DNA of 40,646 nucleotides from a virus (taxonomy: Duplodnaviria; Caudoviricetes): IMG/VR virus record IMGVR_UViG_3300020366_000002, positions 1 to 40,646 of that record; one strand, written 5' to 3'. Positions 18,886 to 27,318 of this stretch are shown here, one piece after another. The notes below the pieces were generated by a model. It saw only the letters and a program-made list of their open reading frames with translations, had not been told where the DNA came from and made no database searches. Both the position numbers and the translations under genes were made by a program. Position 1 is the stretch's first letter. Each line of letters starts with the position of its first letter.

Positions 18886-19024
18886 AATAATAATAATAAT
18901 TTTAATTAACTTTGGACTTCCAAGTCATTCGGAAGCCTCACTAAAGAGGCTTTCGTATGACTTATCGCATCGCCAGAAAATAACCGAAAACCTTACGCTA
19001 AGATGGATGCAAACACATTGTTTG

Positions 19025-19187
19025 CTTGATTTTTGTTTCTTTTTATCAAGAAAAAGAAATTCGTTTGGTTCTTTGCGAAGCACAAAGAACTTGATTTTGT
19101 TTCTTTTATTAAGAAAAGAAATTCCTTTGGTTCTTTGGGAAGCACAAAGAACTGACCTTTGGTTACTTTGGGGCAGTCCAAAGTAAC
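19025..19187. repeat. Tandem ~60-bp duplication forming an array of five hairpins
   Basis: tttctttt(t)/(a)aaaagaaa stems twice, gttctttg/caaagaac twice, gttactttgg/ccaaagtaac once. Confidence 0.8.
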
Positions 19188-19222
19188 GAGCCGATATGTG
19201 GTTGTGTTGACGTCGCCTGCAT

Positions 19223-19258
19223 AAAAAAAGCCCAAGGCATCTTGCGACACCTTGAGCT
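19223..19258 (-). terminator. Rho-independent terminator after the RHH gene / reverse operon
   Basis: Minus strand reads agctcaaggtgtc-gcaa-gatgccttgggct followed by a T run; GNRA loop. Confidence 0.88.
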
Positions 19259-19288
19259 GTATGATAGTAGATAATGGTATTATTATGA

Positions 19289-19468
19289 TTAACCGTTATA
19301 TGTCCGTATCTGGTCGTTTTTGACTAGATTCTTACAAATCTGACGCAACCGAATTGATGGTGCGATACCGTCCTCACGCTGTAGTAGCTTGAGTTTGAGA
19401 TATTGCTCCTCTGGTAGATCGATTGTGACTTTGTGAGATTTAGACTGTTGTGTGTTTGATAGTTCCAT
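19289..19468 (-). CDS. Ribbon-helix-helix (CopG/Arc-like) DNA-binding protein, 59 aa, absent from the ORF track
   Basis: Hand translation MELSNTQQSKSHKVTIDLPEEQYLKLKLLQREDGIAPSIRLRQICKNLVKNDQIRTYNG: alternating strand KVTIDL, helix, G-turn, helix. Confidence 0.75.
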   Translation of the reverse strand: MELSNTQQSKSHKVTIDLPEEQYLKLKLLQREDGIAPSIRLRQICKNLVKNDQIRTYNG

Positions 19469-19616
19469 AATGATAGTATATATAATTTGTTAATGATTGA
19501 TTTGTTAGAAAAGCCCAGTTATGTGTAGGCTTGCATATAATGGATGTTGACACACCTTGAATAGAAATATGAATAGTAAGAACTGCATAAGTATAAACAA
19601 GATGACGCCAACTAAG

Positions 19617-20645
19617 TTAGTATGTTTGTAACATATTTAAGTTATTATTAATTATTTTTGAAGCATTGAAGTAGAGCCAGGCTGTAACCATACCTCCTTT
19701 GTCTAGTTCAATGGTAGTTAGTTTTCTTTGGTAGTGCGTAGGGTGACCTTCGAGTCGATCTAAGCTGTACTGAGCGACATCGTCAACCTTGTACACTTCC
19801 ACAGAGACGTTGTGACCTAAGTTAGGCTTGTCGTATACATATGGTAGACCGTGTTCTTCTACCAATGGATACTTGTTGACAGTTATGCCGTGACCTACAA
19901 ACTCTTGACCTTGTAGATAATACTTGTGATTACCCTTGTCTTTCTTGAGTGTACCATAGACTGCGACATAGTCTACGTCGTCCCAAGGATATAGGTCATC
20001 GTATGCTTGTTGTTTCCAAGCTTCTTCGTCGAGCTTGTCAAGGTCAAGAGGATGTGAGTCATAGTCGTCTTCGTAGGTATCTAATGGTTCTACGTCGTCG
20101 ACTGCATATGAACCAGTCTTAGTAAAGTGCTTGTCGTAACTGTAGTAGCCTTTGCTAGAACAGTATGAGGCGAAGCAATTGTTTTTGGAATACCACGCAC
20201 CACCACGCTCATACCAAGTACCGTAGCGTTCTACGTGGCCGTCAGTTACGATACAGAAGCGTGTGTCTGTGAAGCTGAGTATGTCAGCCCAGTGTACTTC
20301 TGGTATGCCCTTGAGTATCTGGCAGACTTCTTCGGTGTCAGTCATCTTGTTGTCACCGAGGTCAGCTACTGTACCGTTACTGAACAGGTATTGTGATGGG
20401 TGTATGGGAAACGGATGGCAGTTGTCAATACCTTTGTCGCCACGTGTAGCGTATCTGTAGTGTGCTACGAGGGGACGTTGTGCATTGATAAGGTCGTATG
20501 CTTCGTCGTAATCGAGAGTATAAAGAACTTCCATTGTGTCTGTGTAAACAATACCGAATCCGTCTGGGTTAGTGAACTCTGCATTGTCGATGATGTGATA
20601 CGGTATAACAGTATCTGGGTTTGGTTTATGTATAATTAAGCACAT
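19617..20645 (-). CDS. Class II glutamine amidotransferase fused to gamma-glutamylcyclotransferase (AIG2-like)
   Basis: Cys2 (MCLII), NPDGFG, HYRYATRG, NCHPF, NG and TDTE; acidic linker; then VAVYGTLK and LDRLEGHP. Confidence 0.9.
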   Translation of the reverse strand: MCLIIHKPNPDTVIPYHIIDNAEFTNPDGFGIVYTDTMEVLYTLDYDEAYDLINAQRPLVAHYRYATRGDKGIDNCHPFPIHPSQYLFSNGTVADLGDNKMTDTEEVCQILKGIPEVHWADILSFTDTRFCIVTDGHVERYGTWYERGGAWYSKNNCFASYCSSKGYYSYDKHFTKTGSYAVDDVEPLDTYEDDYDSHPLDLDKLDEEAWKQQAYDDLYPWDDVDYVAVYGTLKKDKGNHKYYLQGQEFVGHGITVNKYPLVEEHGLPYVYDKPNLGHNVSVEVYKVDDVAQYSLDRLEGHPTHYQRKLTTIELDKGGMVTAWLYFNASKIINNNLNMLQTY

Positions 20646-22624
20646 GGTGTTGTGTTGGCTATAAGGATTTCGTTAAAGTTATTGACTTGTCGTGATTCTA
20701 TAACATCTTGACACCAGTTACGCTGTGCAGATGTAAGGTAGTCACGATCTGAGTCGTCTTGATTGTTTTTGATAAAGTTAACAACCGACGCTAGTGAAGC
20801 ATTAGGGTTGTCGTCTAACCACGCTTGGAACAGGTATGAGTCGACGATGACATCACGCATTCTATGTAAGTCTGCTTTGTATGACTTGTCGAGATACTTG
20901 GTAAGGTCGTGTAACAAGAAACGCATCTTTTGGTACAGGTGTGTACTGAAGAAGTGTGAGTTGAAGTATGAGTCAGCTCTGAGTGATTTGTATAATGTCT
21001 GACGCCCGTACTTGAGGTCTAGTCGTGCATTGGTGAGTTCCATTTGTCGTACATACTCCTCTTTGTGTTGTGAGTAGCTGTACACGTGCGACATAATAAC
21101 CTGCATAAGTTTGAATCTACGCTTGAGTTGTTGTTGATTCTTGACTTTTGAAGGTAGACGAAACTCTAGTCTGTTGCCTTTGTTTTGTATACAACAGTAG
21201 CGACCTCGTTGGTTGGCTGTGCTAAGTTTCTTATTATAGCGTGCATACTCGTTGGTAAGGCGTGGCTTCCATAGTGCATACAACACACCGCAGAATGGTG
21301 ATACTTCTGGTAGGTCTAGTATGAAGTCGTTGACATCTGATGACTTGTACGATATATTTATGTGGCCACCGCATCGTTGATTGGCGTCACAGTTAACGTA
21401 TGTTGAGTTGTCTACGTCGTCAGCAAACTGAGTGTAGTTAGATAAGTTGTACACGTGTGTGATACCTTCTAACCCGCACGAACTGTCTGTTTCCCAGTGA
21501 CTGAACAATGGTTGTATGTCGACACGGTCGTAACGATTGTACACAGTTTGTTCTAGGTTATTCTTTTCTACCTCGAACCCTATGTAGAACTTGTTAAGAC
21601 CTGGCGTAGTTGTGTCTTGGTCTTCGATATGACCCTCTTTGGTTTGCATATCGTCGTCCATATTAGTGTGGTAATCTTGTACGAAGTAAGGGTCGCCACG
21701 GCATTCTTCTCTACGGGATTCTTCTTCGATGTCTTCCCATACACTAGCGTCTTGGTGGTAGTAACAGTCGCGTTCGTCACAGTAACGCATCTCGTCTGAG
21801 TGGAAGTACTCTTCGTTCCATTCGCACCACAGTAAGTCTTCGTGGTCTTGATGATAGAAGTCATAGTTTACAACAGTCCAGTCGCTATTGATTTCGTCCA
21901 TAAATGCACGCATTGCCCAGAATAAACCTTGTGGAACTGTGTATTGACGTAGTATTAGTTGTGAGTGGCGATCGTCTTCTGGGTCAACATCTGCTAACCT
22001 AGTGAAGTCGAAGTATTGCTCTGCATCTATGATTGAACAACGGGTACTTATATTGTTAAACCAAGCACCGTTTATATGTATAGCAAAGAGACGGACATGG
22101 TCTTTATGCATTAGTATCCAGTTGTCTCTGTCGTCTTGTGCAAACACTGCGTTTTCTAAGACATCTTTTAGTGACCATTTCTCTAGTTGGAAGTGGTATA
22201 GGCTAAGGAAGCAGTCATCTCTGTTTAGATAGTCTGGGTCTATTATAGTATTGACGACGAAGTACATATGCTCTGGCTCGACTTCGTAGTGGTCGTCATT
22301 GAGATAACTAAGATTGGTAGCGTCTTCTGCAGTTATGTCTACTAATGAACTACGAGCAAAGGCTATTAGTTCTTCTGCTTCTCGCAGTATACGTTGTGTT
22401 TCTTCGTATTCTGCTTGACCGCCACTTAGATTGTTGTTGCTGATGTAATCCCGACGGTCGCGTATTAGTTGCTTTACAGCGTCTAGTGTACGGTAGCTTC
22501 CGTCATTGTCGATAAAATACGGTTTAACTAATTCTAGTTTGTCTTGTATTTTAGTTTGAAACAGCTCTCTAATGACAGCTGTGTGTGTTATGTGGTTACG
22601 ACGATATTGTCTATGTATATTCAT
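20636..22624 (-). CDS. Putative amidoligase (COOH-NH2 ligase, glutamine-synthetase-like fold) with long N-terminal extension
   Basis: IGFEVE, ETDSSCGLE, CGGHINIS, RY and LEFR motifs, preceded by Cys/His-rich WCEW..YCDERDCYYH. Overlaps the GATase gene. Confidence 0.8.
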   Translation of the reverse strand: MNIHRQYRRNHITHTAVIRELFQTKIQDKLELVKPYFIDNDGSYRTLDAVKQLIRDRRDYISNNNLSGGQAEYEETQRILREAEELIAFARSSLVDITAEDATNLSYLNDDHYEVEPEHMYFVVNTIIDPDYLNRDDCFLSLYHFQLEKWSLKDVLENAVFAQDDRDNWILMHKDHVRLFAIHINGAWFNNISTRCSIIDAEQYFDFTRLADVDPEDDRHSQLILRQYTVPQGLFWAMRAFMDEINSDWTVVNYDFYHQDHEDLLWCEWNEEYFHSDEMRYCDERDCYYHQDASVWEDIEEESRREECRGDPYFVQDYHTNMDDDMQTKEGHIEDQDTTTPGLNKFYIGFEVEKNNLEQTVYNRYDRVDIQPLFSHWETDSSCGLEGITHVYNLSNYTQFADDVDNSTYVNCDANQRCGGHINISYKSSDVNDFILDLPEVSPFCGVLYALWKPRLTNEYARYNKKLSTANQRGRYCCIQNKGNRLEFRLPSKVKNQQQLKRRFKLMQVIMSHVYSYSQHKEEYVRQMELTNARLDLKYGRQTLYKSLRADSYFNSHFFSTHLYQKMRFLLHDLTKYLDKSYKADLHRMRDVIVDSYLFQAWLDDNPNASLASVVNFIKNNQDDSDRDYLTSAQRNWCQDVIESRQVNNFNEILIANTTPCA

Positions 22625-22663
22625 ATGCTTTGATGTGTCTTGGCTTGTCTTGTCTTTATTTTT

Positions 22664-22715
22664 AAAAAAACAAAAGAGGGAAAAACCTCCGAAGAATGAA
22701 AGGTTATTCCCTCTT
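22664..22715 (-). terminator. Inverted repeat with T-tract on the minus strand, just upstream of the amidoligase
   Basis: aagagggaaaaacct-N12-aggttattccctctt (one mismatch). On the minus strand it is followed by ttgttttttt. Confidence 0.6.
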
Positions 22716-22760
22716 AAAAACCCCCGAATGAAACCACAAACATAAGAACACCTAAGACCC

Positions 22761-22846
22761 TTGGTTTGCTTTGGTTGCTTTGCTTTGCTTTGCTTTGGTT
22801 GCTTTGGTTTGCTTTGGTTGGTTTGGTTGCTTTGGTTTGCTTTGCT
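22761..22846. repeat. Degenerate TTTGC/TTTGG/TTGC microsatellite
   Basis: About 86 bp with no A on the + strand, built from T(2-3)GS units. Confidence 0.95.
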
Positions 22847-22856
22847 ATGTAGACAA

Positions 22857-22905
22857 TGATGATAGTTGTGGGGTCGCCTAGTGATGATAGTTGAGGGCTC
22901 GCCTA
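22857..22905. repeat. 24-bp tandem direct repeat TGATGATAGTTGWGGGSTCGCCTA upstream of the integrase
   Basis: Copies at 22857-22880 and 22882-22905 with 2 mismatches; a partial copy lies at 18372. Confidence 0.9.
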
Positions 22906-22927
22906 CGAAAAAAAGTTAAAAAAACTA

Positions 22928-22960
22928 TTGACAAGGCCCTTTTATGCGTAAATAAAGGGT
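22928..22960 (+). promoter_or_regulatory. Candidate host sigma70 promoter for the integrase, overlapped by an inverted repeat
   Basis: TTGACA at 22928 after an A-tract; cccttt/aaaggg inverted repeat. The -10 element is imperfect. Confidence 0.45.
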
Positions 22961-22963
22961 GTA

Positions 22964-23962
22964 ATGACCACAATACGCACAAAACACGGTACTTACCAAG
23001 CTTCTTTTACACATTTTAACAAAAGATTTAGAAAAACTTTTAAATCTAAGCTAGAAGCTGATAAATATGAGTTCGATGTACGACATTTAGGTGTAGACGT
23101 CGACGAAAACAACATACCAACCCTTGAAGATGTGTCTTGGGAGGTATTTGACGAGAAATGGGCTAATACACCTAATGAAGTAGGACGTAGAGCTCATATT
23201 CGTTGCTTTACTGGTTTCTTTGGACATAGATTCAAGATCAATGAGCTAGATAATAGTCAATGTAAGAAATATGTAGGGTGGCTGAAGAACACAAAAAGAA
23301 ACTCACAGTCCACCATAAACGGCAAGATATCAGCCCTCACGGTTGTTTTAGACCACGCTGAAGAGAATGGATACATTACTTCTGTTCCTAAGCTTAGAGG
23401 ACGTAAGAAGCCCAACAATCAATGTCTTGAGTACATATCTGAAGAGGAAGAAGCAATCATTGTTCCTTTTATGCTGAACCACCACCTAAAAAGTATGAAT
23501 GACTTTGGAGAGTTTTGGTGTTGGTCTGTAGATACAGGCTTCAGACCGAGTGAAAGTCGTCGTCTGACGAAAGCAGATGTATATCTAGATGACAGTGGTC
23601 GCCACGTTGCTAGACTACGTAAGTCTAAGACTAACACTTGGAGAGTTATCCCACTCACTAATAGAGCCCTAGCTATGTGGAATAAACAAACTCACAGAGA
23701 AACACCTTGGGGTCACATAGGGACGACTCAGATAGCTAACTGTTGGGAGCGTGTGAGGGCTTACAGAGGCCGTACAGGCGATCCTAGCTACAAAGCATAC
23801 TTAACTAGACACACTACAGGTAGTCGCCTTGTACAACGAGGTACAGACTTACCTGTAATTAAAGAAATTTTGGGACATACAGACTTGACAAGTACTCAAC
23901 GGTACGCAAAGGTCAGCCCAACTAACTTATTCAACGCAATAGATAAACTTAACAATAAATAA
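22964..23962 (+). CDS. int: Tyrosine recombinase / integrase
   Basis: TGFRPSE, KSKT, YLTRHT, LGHT and RY catalytic motifs. The HxxR His is replaced by Tyr. Confidence 0.93.
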   Translation: MTTIRTKHGTYQASFTHFNKRFRKTFKSKLEADKYEFDVRHLGVDVDENNIPTLEDVSWEVFDEKWANTPNEVGRRAHIRCFTGFFGHRFKINELDNSQCKKYVGWLKNTKRNSQSTINGKISALTVVLDHAEENGYITSVPKLRGRKKPNNQCLEYISEEEEAIIVPFMLNHHLKSMNDFGEFWCWSVDTGFRPSESRRLTKADVYLDDSGRHVARLRKSKTNTWRVIPLTNRALAMWNKQTHRETPWGHIGTTQIANCWERVRAYRGRTGDPSYKAYLTRHTTGSRLVQRGTDLPVIKEILGHTDLTSTQRYAKVSPTNLFNAIDKLNNK

Positions 23963-23966
23963 AATT

Positions 23967-24260
23967 ATGGCACAATCACAATTCCTAGATATAACAGACG
24001 AAACAGAAGGTCAAAGAATCCACAACTTTTTAAAGTGGGCTAATCGTAAAATAGAAGAAGAACTCAGAAAAGCTGAACTGGAGGACATAGTCACACCACG
24101 AAAGCGTATCCATAAAATGGACAATGAGGAGAAAATAGAGTATGTAATGAAAGTAGAAGAACTAAGAGCATCCTACAGCACTCATCAAGCTTGTAAGAAA
24201 GTTGGCATATCGCCATCATCATACGCAAAGTGGAAGAGAGCACTCATTACAAATAAATAA
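23967..24260 (+). CDS. Helix-turn-helix protein
   Basis: C-terminal THQACKKVGISPSSYAKWKR. Confidence 0.7.
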   Translation: MAQSQFLDITDETEGQRIHNFLKWANRKIEEELRKAELEDIVTPRKRIHKMDNEEKIEYVMKVEELRASYSTHQACKKVGISPSSYAKWKRALITNK

Positions 24261-24263
24261 TTT

Positions 24264-26693
24264 ATGACTAAACAATTAGAGCAAAAGGAACTTAATAAAG
24301 ATATGCAAGTTCTCGGCTTAGGACGTTATCGTTCTAGGAATGAATCAGCAAAGAATAGAGACGCTGAAGTCGATACTAAATATGGACAGAGGCTAATGCG
24401 AGCGTCACTACCTGTGTATGCTAACGCTATAGAAGACTGGTTTAAAAACACAGTTAGTACATATAAGAATAAAGCTAGGTATCACATTGATTGTGATGTC
24501 CTAGCCCCTAAGCTTGTAGCTTTTGTAGCTATAAAGAGTGTGCTTGATTGTATATCTAAAAAGAATCCCTTGTCTTCTGTTGCTCACTCTGTGGGTGCTC
24601 ATATAGAAGATGAATGTCGTTGTCGTTTTCTGTTAGATAATAACGAAGAGAAAGGCAGTGGTATTCTGTTAGGTACTAAACGTCGTAAAGGTAAAGCCGC
24701 AAAAAAGAGACACCTACGAAGCTCTATGAAACACGAAGCTGAGAAGGGGTTGATGAAAGAGTGGATACCTTGGTCGCATAGAGATAAACTTAACTGTGGT
24801 TTACATATGGTTGAGATACTACGGTCGACAACGTCGTTGATTGAATATATTTATCTACCAAACAACAAACGTTCTAAGAAACCTACAAGGTACGTAACAG
24901 CTACTGAGAGTACTCTTAAATGGATTGAAGACTTCAATGAACACAAAGAACTCCTAGAACCTTTTTGGTTACCCACAACAGAGCTACCAAATGCTTGGAC
25001 AAATGTTTGGGATGGAGGTTATGAGATAGAAGGTACATCATTACCTAAACTACCTTTTATTAAGACTACCAATATGGATTATCTAAGAAACATAGACCAA
25101 GTCTTAGAGAAACCTATGGAAGCAACTAACTTGATTCAACAAACACCTTGGAAGATCAATGAGAAAGTCTTTGAGGTTATGAAGTATTGTTGGAACAACA
25201 GTATAGAGGTAGGTGACTTACCTAGTAAAGAGAACGAAGCACTACCACCTATACCTACAGACTTTAAAACAAATCCAGAAGCCAACAAACAATGGAGACA
25301 AATGGCGGCTCGTATCTACAGTCATAGGCTGAGTACAACAAGTCGTCGTTTACTTGTAGCCAAGGTATTGTATGTAGCTGAGAAGTTGATTGGTAGTAGA
25401 TTCTTTTATCCTAGCCAAGTAGACTTCAGAGGACGCATCTATAATATACCTAGCTTTCTAGGAGTCCAAGGGCCAGACATGAGTCGTGGTCTATTACACT
25501 TCTCTCGCTCTGTTCGTATCAAGAATGATGAGGATGCAAAATGGTTAGCTATCCAAGGAGCTAATACATATGGTAACGACAAGGTTACATTAGAGGAGCG
25601 TGTAGAGTGGGCAAAAGGTTTTGCTAATACAGCTGATGCTATCGCTTGTAATCCTATGTCTAACGATGAGTGGACAAGAGCTGATGACCCTTGGCAGTTC
25701 TTAGCGTGGTGCTTTGAATGGGCTGAGTACTGTGCAACAGGAAAAGTTGTGTCGCATCTACCTGTAAATATGGATGCAAGTAACAACGGACTACAGATCT
25801 TGTCTATGTTAATGAGAGATGAGTATGGTTGTTTATCAACTAATGTACTACCTACAGATACTCCTGCTGATATCTATCGTGTTGTATCTGACCGTGTCGT
25901 CGACCAATTAAAGAAAGACAGAGATGAAGGTAACCCAGTAGCTCACGATTGGTTGTGCTTTGGTATTGATCGTAAGTTAGCCAAGAGACCTACAATGGTG
26001 TGGCCTTACGGTGGTACATTCTATAGTTGTCGTGCCTACGTCGACGAATGGTATCAAGACACACTCAGAAAAACCAAGTGCAACAATCCGTTTGACGAGA
26101 GTATGCGTTACAAAGCTACAGGTTATCTTGCAAGACTAACTTGGAATGCTATTAACGAAGTACTTCTTAAACCTAAGGAAGCTATGGAATGGCTACAAGG
26201 TATAGCAGTAGAGTTAGCTAAACATAAACTACCTGTTAGTTGGACTACACCTTCGGGCTTTCCTGTACTGCAAGAGTATAAGAAGTCTACGTCACAGAAT
26301 GTACATAGTCATATCAACGGAGAAGCTACGCACATCAAGTGGCACTCAGAGTTAGAGGACATAAGTGCAAGACGTCAGAAACAAGGCATCAGTCCTAACT
26401 TCGTGCATTCACTGGATGCTACAGCCTTGACACTTAGTGTACTTGAAGCTAACAAAGAAGGTATATATGACTTCTGTATGATACACGACAGCTACGGAAC
26501 TCACGCTACAAACTGCGACTTATTCGGAAAAGTTTTAAGAAATCAGTTTTTTTCTATTTTTAGTGTTGACTTATTACAAGATTTAAGTCATCAATTAAAA
26601 CATCAACATCCAACTATAACAATACCAGAAACACCAAGCTACGGAACTGCAGACATAAGTAGGGTCTGCCAAAGCAAATATTTTTTCTGTTAA
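24264..26693 (+). CDS. T7-like single-subunit RNA polymerase
   Basis: DFRGRIY, DASNNGLQ, RKLAKRPTMVWPYG, PNFVHSLDA and IHDSYG motifs. Confidence 0.98.
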   Translation: MTKQLEQKELNKDMQVLGLGRYRSRNESAKNRDAEVDTKYGQRLMRASLPVYANAIEDWFKNTVSTYKNKARYHIDCDVLAPKLVAFVAIKSVLDCISKKNPLSSVAHSVGAHIEDECRCRFLLDNNEEKGSGILLGTKRRKGKAAKKRHLRSSMKHEAEKGLMKEWIPWSHRDKLNCGLHMVEILRSTTSLIEYIYLPNNKRSKKPTRYVTATESTLKWIEDFNEHKELLEPFWLPTTELPNAWTNVWDGGYEIEGTSLPKLPFIKTTNMDYLRNIDQVLEKPMEATNLIQQTPWKINEKVFEVMKYCWNNSIEVGDLPSKENEALPPIPTDFKTNPEANKQWRQMAARIYSHRLSTTSRRLLVAKVLYVAEKLIGSRFFYPSQVDFRGRIYNIPSFLGVQGPDMSRGLLHFSRSVRIKNDEDAKWLAIQGANTYGNDKVTLEERVEWAKGFANTADAIACNPMSNDEWTRADDPWQFLAWCFEWAEYCATGKVVSHLPVNMDASNNGLQILSMLMRDEYGCLSTNVLPTDTPADIYRVVSDRVVDQLKKDRDEGNPVAHDWLCFGIDRKLAKRPTMVWPYGGTFYSCRAYVDEWYQDTLRKTKCNNPFDESMRYKATGYLARLTWNAINEVLLKPKEAMEWLQGIAVELAKHKLPVSWTTPSGFPVLQEYKKSTSQNVHSHINGEATHIKWHSELEDISARRQKQGISPNFVHSLDATALTLSVLEANKEGIYDFCMIHDSYGTHATNCDLFGKVLRNQFFSIFSVDLLQDLSHQLKHQHPTITIPETPSYGTADISRVCQSKYFFC

Positions 26694-26715
26694 CAATATA
26701 ATAATAAAAATCAAT

Positions 26716-27318
26716 ATGAGTAAAACATTAAGCACACCAGTAGGGTCAGCCTACTACCCACGTATCGACACACCAGATACTAAATTCAATCCCGATGGGG
26801 TTTATAGCTGTAAGCTACACGTAGATGAAGGCGACTACAATGCCTTCGAATTGACTGTTAAAGATATAGTCAACAAGGCTTACAAAGATGAATGCACTAA
26901 GCGAGGAGTAGCCAAGCTTAAGATTGCACCAACAAGCCCAATACGTCAGACTGACGATGGCGAATATGAAATCTATGCCAAGCAAGTAGCCAAGAAGGAT
27001 ACACGCAAAGGTTTATTAGAGTTCAACGTTGCCGTCTTCGACGCTAAGGGTCAGAAACTACAAGAGACCCCGAAGATTGGAAGCGGTTCAAAGCTGAAGA
27101 TGGGAGTGGAGATCTATCCATACTACACAGACCTTAACGGGTTTGGGTATACGTTACGTCTGAAAGCAGTTCAGATCATTGACCTCGTAGAGTACTCTGC
27201 AGGAGATGCCTCAAGTTATGGCTTCTCTTCTGAAGAGGAAGGTTATACAAGCTCGGGCGAAACGTTTAACAACACGTTCGAGAAGGATGAGGTACAGACA
27301 GAACAAGCACCGTTCTAA
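26716..27318 (+). CDS. ssb: Single-stranded DNA-binding protein (gp2.5-like)
   Basis: PDTKF, IGSGS and LRLKAVQIIDLVEY motifs; acidic tail ending in Phe. Confidence 0.92.
   Translation: MSKTLSTPVGSAYYPRIDTPDTKFNPDGVYSCKLHVDEGDYNAFELTVKDIVNKAYKDECTKRGVAKLKIAPTSPIRQTDDGEYEIYAKQVAKKDTRKGLLEFNVAVFDAKGQKLQETPKIGSGSKLKMGVEIYPYYTDLNGFGYTLRLKAVQIIDLVEYSAGDASSYGFSSEEEGYTSSGETFNNTFEKDEVQTEQAPF

Noticed and set aside
18993-19250. 85-aa minus-strand ORF
   Set aside because: It starts inside a terminator stem and merely translates the hairpin repeats.
19505-19615. Possible short hydrophobic peptide (..LFILMQFLLFIFLFKV..) on the minus strand between the GATase and RHH genes
   Set aside because: No convincing start. 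It may be real but cannot be supported.
22868-22883. tRNA fragment as attP core (ggggtcgcctagtg resembles a D-arm start)
   Set aside because: No T-arm or acceptor stem, and the match is explained by the 24-bp repeat.
27206-27286. N-terminal extension of endonuclease I
   Set aside because: It overlaps ssb extensively; the conserved region starts after ATG 27287.
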